Shown here: positions 41,033-53,169 of the stretch, piece by piece
Position numbering within the stretch: the first letter of the stretch is position 1
How the letters are laid out: each line of letters starts with the position of its first letter
Assembly: GCA_021613535.1 (NCBI GenBank)
Contig: CP075495.1
Span: forward strand, 13,702,001 to 13,766,000
Length of the DNA: 64,000 bases
Direction: 5' to 3'
Source: Adineta vaga
Taxonomy: Eukaryota > Animalia > Rotifera
Translations under genes and position numbers: made by a program
The notes under the pieces: generated by a model
The model's input: only the letters and a program-made list of their open reading frames with translations
Databases searched by the model: none
What the model was told of the DNA's origin: nothing

Positions 41033-41519
41033 TGTTCTTTTCCCTCTTTTCATAATGACTCTGTTATTATATTATGCGTTCTCTCTTCTTATTTATTGTT
41101 CATAAATAAAGAATGTCGATGAAATATATATATATATATGCACATGTATCGAATATATTAAGATGTTCGTTCGAACAGAAAGAAAATCTTATCAGTAAGA
41201 ATGATGAATAATTCATACTAGTTTCCGTCGTTATCTTTCTTAAAAATGATTTTTAGTCGAAAATCTTTTAACTTTTAGATTAATTAATAATGAGTAAACA
41301 AGGAAGTGGAAAAGAAGAATTGCTTTGCGTTTCTAAAGTTTTTCATGAATGCACGAGAAGAAAACAAATCTATTCGAAATTCGAGGACGTAAGAGAATAA
41401 TCACCATTTATATAGTACTAATGGATAATTTTTAGGGAGAGATTAATATTTTTGAACTTGGTTCAGCATCTAGTAGACAAATGGTATTAAATTATGTTTA
41501 TGGCACTGAAGCCCTCGTT

Positions 41520-41797
41520 CCCAGGACGATCGTTCCTGGAAGCAGTGTTCTGCTTATTTGCGGCGAAAACCCGCAAGATATTTATAGTTTCCCCGCTGGA
41601 AATCGCGAGAAAATACTCGGAATCCCGCTAAAGCAACCGGTGACCGTGTCCGACTATCGGTTATGGCAGGTTCTTGTTGGTTCCTGATAAAACCTGGTGA
41701 ATTCAATGACAGGATCCGGTCGCCGGAATACTGCTTCCATGAAATCTCCGGAAGGTTCTGGAACTGGTCGGTTTCGGGCCGGATTGTTTGACCTGGG
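41520..41797. mobile_element. Non-autonomous TIR element (MITE) with CCCAGG...CCTGGG termini, possibly CMC/EnSpm-type
   Basis: GC-rich island in AT-rich DNA. Ends CCCAGGAC and GACCTGGG. TT on both flanks is a candidate 2-bp target-site duplication. Confidence 0.65.
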
Positions 41798-41969
41798 TTG
41801 TAACAATCAATAAATTAAGTAATGAAATTAGTTTTATTGCTCAAGTAAATTAAATACTACTGTACATAAAAACTAAATAATACGAATAAAATTTCATTTG
41901 ATTTAGAGAAATAAAATCTCCATTCCTATTGAAAAAAAAATCAATATCAAGTCATACATAACATTCAAC

Positions 41970-42290
41970 AAACAATCCACCGAATACGAGTAAGACTTAT
42001 TTTATTGAAAAAAATGTGAATTTTCTTTGATTTTATAGAATAACCAATCAAGAAGAATTCAACCGTGAAGTTGAATTAATCATTATTGAAATGATTGAGA
42101 AAATAACAAATCTTCAGGATGCTTTTGACACGTTAATGGAAGTTATTAGTGAAGAAAAAGATAAAAATTGAATCGTATCGACAGAGGATCATGGATATAA
42201 GGATCTTCTAAATACTTTCAAATCATAAACCATTATTATCAGATCATTTTATAATCTGCCTAAGAAAATAGATAGAAGAATTTTATTCAG
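41970..42290 (+). pseudogene. Decayed coding fragment of unknown origin with a relic intron (about 41990-42038)
   Basis: GA|GTAAG...TTTTATAG intron followed by ITNQEEFNREVELIIIEMIEKITNLQDAFDTLMEVISEEKDKN* and further stop-interrupted coding-like text. Confidence 0.3.
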
Positions 42291-42341
42291 AAAATCATCA
42301 TAAGATTGTTTTCTTTTTTGTGATATTTTGAATGATGATTA

Positions 42342-42430
42342 CCCAGGTCGATCGAAACGAAAACCGTGACAATACGGTTACTTTACGACTATGCACGAAA
42401 TTCAAAAGGGACCGCATTACGACGCCCGTT
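42342..42430. mobile_element. Truncated end of a CCCAGG-type MITE
   Basis: Begins CCCAGGTC and continues with GC-rich ACGG/TACGAC motifs like the other copies. No matching second end was found. Confidence 0.45.
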
Positions 42431-42780
42431 ATTAGAGTCAATCGCTGAACAATGCTTTGCAGAGATCTAACATCATTTCAAATGAAAAGCATTGTCTTTG
42501 TAAAATTAGATTGAAATCATACTAGAAATATAAGAAAAACTGACGTTTTGGGACATCGATCAGTTTTTTGTTTCGTAATTCATTCATCTTCCAAGAAAAA
42601 ATAAGCATAAATCATTTTATACTCTGTCTTCTTTTTTTTAGATCACTCTAATGTCTGAGGAAATAGCAACTGGTAAAAATCTTATGGTACCAGTAGTCTA
42701 TGAATCTGAAGATGTAGCATCGTTAGTGGGTATAATCACCAATGATTCAAGATCTCCATTTACTTCACATTCAAATATAT

Positions 42781-42895
42781 CCCAGGTCCAAGAAAGCGGC
42801 GTCGTAAACTGCCTTAAACAATGGAAAACGGCCAAAAACCGCACTAGTACGCTACCGCAATCCGTTAACCTAGAAATGTATAGAAATACGGTGTA
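42781..42895 (-). mobile_element. Truncated inverted copy of the MITE at 52363-52595
   Basis: cccaggtccaagaaagcggcgtcgtaaactgccttaaacaatggaaaacggcc...tagtacgcta is the near-identical reverse complement of about 52520-52595. Confidence 0.8.
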
Positions 42896-42958
42896 AAAAG
42901 ATGGGTGTGGGTGTGGATGCGATATAAATATCATACCCACACCCACACCCACCCTTTT
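42896..42958. repeat. Near-perfect hairpin of telomere-like repeats: (TGTGGG)-type arm, short loop, (CCCACA)-type arm
   Basis: aaaagatgggtgtgggtgtggatgcgatat-aa-atatcatacccacacccacacccaccctttt. Confidence 0.85.
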
Positions 42959-45830
42959 ATAATCAAATGAACAATGTGTCCTTTGTTATCCACAACAATT
43001 CATGAAAATATATATTATATAGAGAATGCTATAGTGTGCACCGTTTTGTTTTCGCTGCAAAATCTTCGTTTTTAATCAATAGTAGCGAATTATAGATTAT
43101 TGATCAACGTTGTATATGAATTGATTGAAACATTATCCCATATATTTGATCTTCGTAATGTTTGAGAATGAACAATCAATCCATACTCTTCAGAATAGAA
43201 TGAGAATATACAAAGCGATAAGAATCGTAGAAATGTAACATATATAGTTTAGATGACGAAGCAAAACATTTGATTACATATATATATATTCATATTCGAA
43301 TAAATAGAGCTGATTGTGTATGATGACAATTTTTAAATTCAAGTCATTGTTATTTATTGATATTTATTTACATTGAATTGTTAGAGTCAGCATGTGTACT
43401 ACTACGACATAGTAGATTGCATATACTAATGTTTTATTATTCGAATGAATTAATCAGCGTAGTATTGTTTCTTGTTCAATTGTTAATGATCATGATAAAT
43501 GTGTTGGTCATTACTCAATTCCCTAAACAATTTCGAGAATAAGATATCGGTTAGGTCATGTTGTCTTTGTGTTTTTCTTCGTTATAACGAAATATTTGCC
43601 TCAAACACGTATTTATCAGTAATTTTCTGTATATTCCCTAAGGAGATACATACTTATCATTTATATTGTAATTAGTTATTTCATTTTAAAGAGAAAAACA
43701 AAGTAAAAGTATTATAGTTTTCCCCATCAATCCCATTGGTGAAGGATTTCTTTTTTTGTTAAAGATAAAAATACTCTTTCGCTAAATGCTCATCAATTAT
43801 CTATGAAGAATGAAGCAATGATGTTCTTTTAATACATTGGACTATTCAACAACCACCCACTCGCTCACTTACAACTCATGTATGCCAATAGTAGGATCGA
43901 TATTGTGTAAGTAATTCTTCGGAATCGTTCTTTCAACTGTTCTGCTCTTTACATTGTTCAAACCTTGATCAATCTACACATTAGTCTATATTGTCAAAGA
44001 AATCAATTCTGTTGATTGATAAAATACACTGTCTGTTAAAAGATTTCATCGTATAAAAAGAAGCTAGTATTTCTTCTTTTCTGAATCGAGTATACATAAT
44101 AGAAGTAAATCTCTACCATTGATGACGTTTTGTCTCGCTTGCTTTATAATCAAAGAGGCATATTATTCAACCTACCAGACATTATCGTCAAAAAAAGTTT
44201 TCTTTCTATAATGTAAGTTGTGATTTCATGTTGAATAAAACATAGTAGTGTCACGTTTAAATTCCAAATAGATAAATAAATACAATACGAAACAAGAGCA
44301 TAAATTAATTTTTTTCACAATCGTGGCGCGTATGCAAGTGAATCGTTGATATGTTTTCTTTCTTTTCATAAGACAATCGAACAAACTAATTATTAGGACA
44401 CGAAGAAATACGACGGTATGAAACTAGTCACTATTAGGTATTTCGTTGACAACATATAAATGTCAGAAAAAGAAAGAAAAAAAACAGAGAGAAAAAGATT
44501 TTTTTCTAATAGAATGTCACTTCGTAATAACAAAAATACTACGATTTAAAGAGATAATATGAACAAGAAAAAAACGCGAGAATCGGCACAGATTGAAAGA
44601 AGGAGAGAGAAAAAAATGACATCCGAGTTTTTGACGAGATGACAACAGTGAACGGTGCGTGTTATTTAAAAAAACTAAGGTAGATAGACTTTTTTTCTTT
44701 CATATTTTTGTTTTTTTTATACAACAGAGGATGTCGCGTACATTGACATTTGTAAACATGTTTTTTTATTCGAATGAAAATAGAATTATAGTTGTCTTCA
44801 AATAGTCATTCATTTTGTAAAACATTTCTGTAAACATTTCATCAGAAAAAGAAATTTTTCTAAAGACTTCCGAGTGTTTCTTGTTTCTCAGATATTAAAT
44901 TGCTTAGCCTCGCATGGTTTATAATCAGTCATAGTGGAAAGGATATGTTGGTATATAAGAAAAAGGTCGCTAGTGGAATGAAACGAGAACAAAACTTTCA
45001 GCATGAATTTCAAGTCGATATATGTGAAAGCATTTTATTGCATATCATATAATCTTTTGCAATTGATCTAATGAGAGTAATTATTTTCTCTATTATCTAT
45101 TAAGAATATCATTTGGAAGGTTTGATTTATAGACATTGATAAACGAGAATTATATTAAGGACAGAACATTGTCTCTATAAACTTCTCATTGTATTGAGGA
45201 AAATCAGATTTGCTGAAAAGACAACAACAACATAATCATATGATTGAATAAAAAAAAGCATAGCGGATGAAGAATATTACCTATTGAAAAAAAACTGTTT
45301 GTTTTATCATCATATGCGATCCAATCAATAATGATCTGCTCTTTTTGTTATAGAACATAATTTTCATTATGTAAAAGGTTTTTTTAGTTAACTTTTACTT
45401 ATATTTCCTTCTTTCTTTCTTCTTTTCTTAATCATCAAAAAAATAGAAATGCTAAAGAGAGAGAGAGACAGACAGAAAGAGCAGAGAAAACTATTTTTAG
45501 TTTCCTCTTCTATATGTATTCGTCATCTTAATCTTTCTGATAAGAATAAAAGAAATGGCAGAATAAATAGATGTGTTTCTTTGAATACTAATGGAAACAC
45601 ATAAAAAAAACCTAGAAAACAGATTTACCATTTATTCTAGACATTGACATATACGTATATGATTATATTTATTTAATAGGAGAGACTATCAACGTCTAAA
45701 TCTTTTCCTGTTGTCCAATACATTTAATAATCGAACAACAGACGATGCGATTGTGTTTTCATACTTAATGTCCTCTTCATCATGTGTATTTGTCAACAAA
45801 AGAAAAGTCTGTTAAATATATTCACTTATA

Positions 45831-48313
45831 ATGACCGACTTGACTATTGCTACATTATGTCAAGTTCTTGCAAATATAACTAGTAATCGTTGTACTTTTG
45901 TGGAAAATTCCAATATCTGCCGATGTATTGATAACTTAATGGGTTCAAGTATGATGATGATGAATGTTTTGAGAAGAAAAGCAATGTCTTCTTTTTTTAT
46001 TTTGTATTTAGAACCAATAACAAGTGTTACCTCAGCACCGAATATAATGCTGAGTGAAGTTTTTTTAATTTTTTTTGTTTTGGCACTGTGGCTTTCAGCG
46101 ATTGGTTTTTGTCTCAATCAATATAAATCACTCCGTCGTCTCGAAACTCAAGTACATTATTGCGGAAATCGAAAAGATCCATTAAATATCGGTAATATTA
46201 AAATTGTTGAGCGAGAACAAGATTCAATCATATATAAGAAAAAACGTTATTCAACTGTGCTTGATACACATATTAATCCTGAAGATCTACGCTCTATGCA
46301 ATATGTTAGAGAATATTTACCACAACCTATTATAACACCTAAAATACCATCATCAGCAGTGACTGCTCTTGTTTTCAGTCGAGAAGATCTAACTACAAGT
46401 ATACCTCTAGCAATCACAACGCCACCGCCAACAATAATACCTTTTATGAATCAATTACCAATATTACCATTAACGCCTCATACTCTATTAAGTACACACG
46501 ATGAATTAGCTGAAGAACAACAATCACCCGTTGAACCGACACCTTCATGTATGTCTTTCTTGCCAGTCGAAACAAAACCGAATAAACTCAATGGCCGTAT
46601 GTCTTTTGCACATATAACAGGTAAAAGAAGAAAAGCTTAGTTAATCTGAACTTAAGAATTATTATCACTAATCATAATATGATTTGTTTTTCGTGTTAAA
46701 AAAGAACTTCATTATTACACATTCTCCGCCTTCATAAAAAAAACATCCTTTTTTTCTTCACCGATATCCTCAAGGCTAATTCAGCTGATGATAGGATTCA
46801 GATTTATATTCGTAAAGATGTTGAGGATTTCATATGAACTATATGATAGTCGATAGAGAAAAAAACTATGTGTTTAATCATTATAATGACATATATTTAG
46901 AAAAATAGTTTATTTCGAGACTTCTAAATATTCTACAAACATTTTCTACAACATCCTGTTTTTTTTAGAAAAAATGTTTTCTAAGATTACATACATGCAA
47001 AAGAATATTTTAATGTAGAATTATAATTATGATATTGAAGAAATACTAAGAAAAGTCATACTTTAACAAATAGAGTTTTTCTAGTAAAAGACAGTAACTA
47101 AATAATTCAATGTTAAACATGATTGATTTTCGTTCAATTATATAACTGATCATCTTATTAACACATAAGAATAAGTAATGATATAGATCCTCTTTTAAGA
47201 TTAGAAACAATTTTTCAGTTTATTTTAGTTCTAAATCAATTTCTACTTGGATATAAACATTTATTTGACAAATAGCTGAAATTCTCTTGTCATTTTCTTG
47301 CAAGATGTTTCTGTTATTATCTCATACAAAAAAAATATAATCATAATAGGATTTGAATGTCATCATATCTGATATAATTAGCAGAAATAAATCTTTGTTT
47401 TCTTCTTCTTCACTTTATATACATCTATATTTTGCTGGATTTTATCAATACTTCACTTCTAATCTCATATTCATAAGTAAAACAGCAACAACAAAAAAAT
47501 AATAAATTCCTCTACCTACTAAGAATTTATTTGTTTTCAGAAAACATAATCTACAATTAGTCTCTTCTTCTAGGCAGAGGTCGTATTACAACAGGTCTTG
47601 CAGTTCCACGTACATCTAGTCCAAGTAGTTTACGTTTATCTTGGAATAATTCTTTTACATATGATACAAGTCGTTCTGCACAACACTTATCTGTACCATC
47701 GAATAGTCTTCGATTGAATCGTTATTCTGATGGAAATATCGCATTTCCTAATCCTGAAACTTCACAGAATGTATCCGAAAATCAAGATGAACAACTACTT
47801 GACCCTCGTCTTATATCGAAAACAGTTCGTCGAAGTTTATTAGCACTACATCGTGAAAGTCAAGAAAATATTAACATACAACGTAGTAAAGAAAAGACTC
47901 AATCAGAAAATGATGTTCATAGTGCATTTACAACATGGAAAATAAAAATGAAATCGAAATTAAAGCGTACACATCATCGTCAAACTCAACCAGTAGATTG
48001 TCCAGTACATTCAATGTCATCAACACCAGATAATAATAACGAATATCACCGACGTGTATCTGAATATAAAACTATGAAACAAGAATATCGATTTTCTACG
48101 CCACCATCACGTTGTTATTCTTTATCAAGAAATCCCTCTGTTCGACGAAGTTTAAAACATTATCAAAAATATTCAACACAAAGTACAACAGAAAGTGAAC
48201 CAACCCAAGGTGATTCATCACAAATGACAAGTATTCCTATTTCAACGAATGATAATAAATCAACTAAGACAATAGATGAAATCGATGGTGAATCAACAGT
48301 AATATCTTCATAA
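45831..48313 (+). CDS. Single-pass membrane protein with FNDC5/FNDC4 C-terminal (DUF4808)-like region, 3 exons (45831-45942, 46012-46620, 47574-48313)
   Basis: TM segment SEVFLIFFVLALWLSAIGFCLNQYKSLRRLE resembles FNDC5 GEVLIIVVVLFMWAGVIALFCRQY. It is followed by NIKIVEREQDSIIY, typical of invertebrate members. Introns are phase-compatible. Confidence 0.65.
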
Positions 48314-48855
48314 AAAGAATTCTCGTTTTATTGTATATCTATAGATTTTGTCTTTAATGATTCCGGTGAATTTTCTTCTTCACTCTTTTTTTTAAATATA
48401 AAATTGACTATTTATGGACATAAATTTATGAAGCTCTTGTCTAGAAGAGAAAACATAATTTCACTTTCATTGGCTTCCAAATAAAACTTTTCTTCGTTTT
48501 GTTTGCATATAAATCCTGATTTTTCGCGTTTCTTTTTTCTCTCATGTCGTTTTATCGATCTGTCGCTTTTTGATTCAATCGAATTTATTCGTACGGAATA
48601 ACGATTTCAAAAATACATATATTATTGCATAAATGAGAAGAAAAAAAGAAAAACAGAAAGAAAGAAAAATACAGAATCGGTTGAAAAATGAGATTACTTG
48701 TCGTTTCTTTTGTGTACATTGAGTAAATACTGCAGGCAGTTAAATCATCAATGAAAGAGGGGAAAAGGAATCGAACATAATGTGACGACAAAAACAAGAC
48801 TATATCCGTCAAAAAAAAAAACTTTCATTTATAACATACAGGTGTACAGAAGAGT

Positions 48856-50788
48856 ATGGAATCAACAGTCCTCTTTCAATATATTCTTATTTCAATCATA
48901 TTAACATTTTCAAGAAATATTTATGCATCAATATGCTATAAAAACGGAAATATTTTACAATGTAATACTACCGGGATCGACACCATTGGAGGAGATTCTA
49001 ATAATCTCGATAGTATTGATACTGTTGATATTATCTACTATGATGATACCACTCTAGATGTGGAACTATCATCAATAAATTTAATTCGAATAAGACCTTA
49101 TGATGAAAATGCGCCTCATACACTTCAAATTTCATCGATTGAAACAACGGCTGCTCGTATTGAAATACAAATTCATCTATCACAAAATCAAATATGGCTA
49201 CCGTTATTTACATCAACAAATTTCCAATTACCTTCTACTACTACATTGAATATAAATGTCAAACAAACATATTCTGATGCAAGTAATTTTAAAATATTTG
49301 CAAACTCAGCTCTGCCTACAATGAATTTGGCGAAGTATGAACTTATTTTTAATAATTCAACTTCAAATAGTGGCGTAAGAATATCTCTCTTCTTATAATG
49401 GTTTTTTGTATTTTTATTTTATTTTATTTTAATAGAGTTTAAGTTTTCCTGATCTTATTCGTGGATTGAAAAGTGTCTCCAGTTTATTCATATTTGGTAA
49501 TAAACATTTACTGAAGGTCGATAGTTTTCAAATGCCTTCGTCACTAAATATCAGACAATTAATATTGAGAAATCTTCGCTTACAAGATCAAATTTTGTAT
49601 AATATTATGAATTTAAATGAATATATTATTGAAGAATGTGAATACAATCAAGGAGCACAATTTTTACAATCAAATCAAGCATATAATATATCATTGATTA
49701 TGAAGAATAATAATCCATTGGATTTAGTTTTACCAAATGGTATTAATGCTTTTAATGGACTTCAGAAATACATTAGTATTACTTTAATTGAGCCAAAATT
49801 AAATTCTTCATGTTTGAAAACGATCAAAGGATCAAAGCCTGGTGCGAAATATTTAACTCTCGATCTTGGCAATTATACCCAATCAGATTTCAGTGATTGG
49901 AAAGGAAACTCACCGATTGTTTGGTATCTAACAATTCGTAGTATTCAAGATTTAAATATATTTCCATCAAAATTTTTCAATAGTATCGATTCTTTACAGA
50001 AACTCATCTTACAAGGAACATTTACATTAAAAAAATCGCATCTCTGTATTTTTGTTGGTATCAACGTTCCTGATTCTGCTGAACTTCCCCTGATAACATT
50101 GGAATCTCCTCAAAATCCACAAAATTGGGATCGATGTGCTGATACTTATATCAAAGCAATTAATGCCAGAACAATGGCAGATGTGAAATGTTCTCCCGAT
50201 GATACCTGTGAAGATTGTGTTCGATGGTCTATGGAAACTGCACAATGTTCTCTCGTTCAATATGAAAACAGTTGTTCGGACAGTACATTAATAAGAGTTA
50301 AACCATTTTATTATAACAATAGTTATTTATACTATTTCTTCAAAAATCAGTCATGGTTAGATCGACCAGCAAATTACACACTTGTACCAAAACAAGATTC
50401 AGTGAATATGGCTGCTATTATCGGTGCAATTTGTGGTCTTCTCATTGCTATGATAGTTCTCGGATTGACAATTTTCTGTATCTGTCGATATCGTCAAAAG
50501 GACAAAAATTTCGTTTCATCACCAGCAGAAAAATACAAATATTCATCCGATGATCCTTCACATGTTTCAATCGCAACAAGTAAAACATCACAATCATCCC
50601 GTGCGGCACTTCAAAAATCATTTTTTCCACCAATCCAACCAAATGATGAAATCGCACCTCCACTCTATACAGCACCATCCGAATCTGCTCGTTCTACATC
50701 AGTCTATAACCATCCGACAGCTCCGCCTGCTCCGCGTGATAGTATATCAACACATACAACGCATGTATACGAAACAGTTGACTCTTAA
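48856..50788 (+). CDS. Orphan type I transmembrane protein (signal peptide, LRR-like/Cys-containing ectodomain, TM, Pro/Ser-rich tail), 2 exons
   Basis: Signal MESTVLFQYILISIILTFSRNIYA. LRR-like strands (IRQLILRNL, FPSKFFNSIDSLQKLILQG). TM AAIIGAICGLLIAMIVLGLTIFCIC then RYR. Intron at about 49375-49435. Confidence 0.75.
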
Positions 50789-50851
50789 AAAGAGTGAAAT
50801 ATCATTTATTTTTATTTTTCTCGATTTTATTAATCAAAAAAACAATTCTTT

Positions 50852-52123
50852 CTAAAAATCTATTTCTGTAGTATCTTTGCCAGGCTCTACATGCGTTCCA
50901 ATAATTAATGAATGTTGAAATGTATTTAATTTGAGTGTTTCATTCTCACCTTCTAATTTATCGCCTAAAATAACACAAATTTTATTGTTTTTTTCTTCAA
51001 TTCTTCGAAATAAATCTTATCAAATACATACTAGCATCAATAAGTTTCAATGGCCAATGTGTACATGTAATTCTATCTCGAACATATTGTTCTCTTAGTT
51101 TCTGAAATTCTTCCAAAGATTTATATGAATCCATATCAGGAACAAATAATGATGATGGACTCATACAGATATAAGCAACAATACGTAAGAGTTCTATTTG
51201 ATTTGATTTGTCTTCATAAACAAGTGCTGGTGTATTACAATGAATACAACGTGAATCCCAAACAATTAGGTCACCTGCTTTACATTTGATTAAACGAGGT
51301 TGAAGTTGTTTAAGTAATGGATGTTGATATGGTACTCGAGCATAATCAACCCAAGAACGTTGTTTTGTTATTGGTGATTGTAATTCAAGAAAATGTTTAT
51401 GAGAATCAGGTAGTATAACGAGACCACCCGTCGTTTCATCACTATCAGTTAATGAAACAAGACCTTGTATTGAACATCGATTAGGGTTGGTAGATGGATT
51501 CTAATATTGATAATTATAGAGAAAAGAAATAATATATGACTAGAAGGTCATACTTGATCACAATGGTACCAACCGCCTGCTGTTTTCCATTCATGATTTA
51601 AATGCCAATTGCGAAAACAACCAGCTCCATCAAATGAAACAAATAATTCATTCGAATCCCATATATGAGAAAAAACTTTTTTAATATTTGGATTTCCTCG
51701 TACGTACCACATGAATTCAGATTGTCCAATACCTAAAGTATTCACTAAGCCAATAAAGGGTGAACCTGGCCTATGTGAGAAATAATTTCTATTTTATAGT
51801 TTTTATTTTTTGAAAAATTCAATATACCATGGTTTATCCCATGTTTGAGGATGATTGCGACGAATACGAAATGGAGGTTTTAAATTTTTAAGATATTTCC
51901 AGAATAAATCAATACTTTTAGTTACTTCATCACTAGAAAGAATATCACTAAATACAGCATAACCATGTTCGTTTAAATGTTCAACACCTTGTTGAATTTC
52001 TTCGATATTTTGTACAGAAAACCGAGGAGGATCAATATCGTATTTGACATCCTCTTCTGCTTCAGTCTGGACTGACTGTTTATTCATTTGATTTGATGAT
52101 GTTGAAGATTTTACTTGACCCAT
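50852..52123 (-). CDS. Phytanoyl-CoA dioxygenase (PhyH)-like Fe(II)/2-oxoglutarate dioxygenase, 4 exons
   Basis: Spliced reading HLNEHGYAVFSDIL..GIGQSEFMWYVR..VFSHIWDSNELFVSFDG..WYHCDQ|N..SIQGLVSLTD..GGLVILPDSH..AGDLIVWDSRCIHCN..RIVAYICMSP. HxD...H triad and downstream Arg are present. Confidence 0.85.
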
Positions 52124-52362
52124 GAAAAAAATTATAAATATTAGTGTATGATATGTATATACAGAAGGTTTATTATATACTTGTAACCTTATCAAGAGTA
52201 TGATGATGAAATCAGATGACGTGTTCCTGTCACGTTGTATGCTTTTTTTTATTCCTGTGACTGAAGGGAGAGTGATGCGAAAAAAAATAAAAATGGTATG
52301 TTTGTGGTAGATCGAAAAATATTTTTTACAAAATTGTCTAAAACATCTAAAAGTGATAATAT

Positions 52363-52595
52363 CCCAGGACAATAATTCCGGTAGTCGGAAACGACGCCTT
52401 AAACGACCGAAAATGGTTAGAAAACGGCATTTTACTGCCTTGATTTTGACCGTATTTCATCGTAATCCGTCACTCCGGATTACGATTGCCGTTTTTTGCT
52501 ACGAAACGGCCATCTTTTTATAGCGTATTAGCGCCGGTTTTCGCCGTTTTTCCATCGTTTAAGGTAGTTTACGACGCCGTTTTCTTAGACCTGGG
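52363..52595. mobile_element. MITE with CCCAGG...CCTGGG termini, about 240 nt upstream of the PhyH-like start
   Basis: GC-rich island with ends CCCAGGAC and GACCTGGG, internal imperfect inverted symmetry (ccttaaacga / tcgtttaagg), and a second partial copy at 42781. Confidence 0.75.
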
Positions 52596-53169
52596 TAGGG
52601 TGGGTCTAGGTCGAGTCGTACATGTCAATCTTGAAATTTATATTCAATTAAAATTTTCAATGTCGTTTGTTGAGCAGATATCATGATGTCTTTAAAGTGC
52701 AATATCATAAACAATATACGAAATAAAATATGAATATTTGATTGCAAAAAGTGAATGTACTTGTCGTAAAATTCCTATGGGAAAGACATATAATTTGAAT
52801 TGTTAACAATTTATTTTACATACCATACGATGTGTCTATATTTATCCGTTCGATATCATACTGTCGATTATAGTAGAAAGAAGAAGAAGAAATATCCATG
52901 ATGTTGTATACATAAGTTTTTTTCACATCGAAATCACATGACTAAAGATACCGAAACAGAATCATATAAGAAGAATAGATGAATATAAGTTAATTCTACT
53001 ACAAGACAATAAAGCATTGAAGAGAAAAAGAAAGATTTTGTAAGATGAATTTCGATAGAAAATCGAAATGATATTTATTCCGATAAAATCATAAAAGCTA
53101 AATGAAAATAAGAGAGAATTTGAATATTCATAGACACAGGTGGTTTTCCTTATTTATACACTCACACCC

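Noticed and set aside
41481-41687. 68-aa ORF (also the ORFs at 42651, 42698 and 52486)
   Set aside because: Chance ORFs running through GC-rich MITE or hairpin sequence.
46775-46830. CTGATGA motif in the long intron of the DUF4808-like gene
   Set aside because: No properly placed GAAA or supporting helices.
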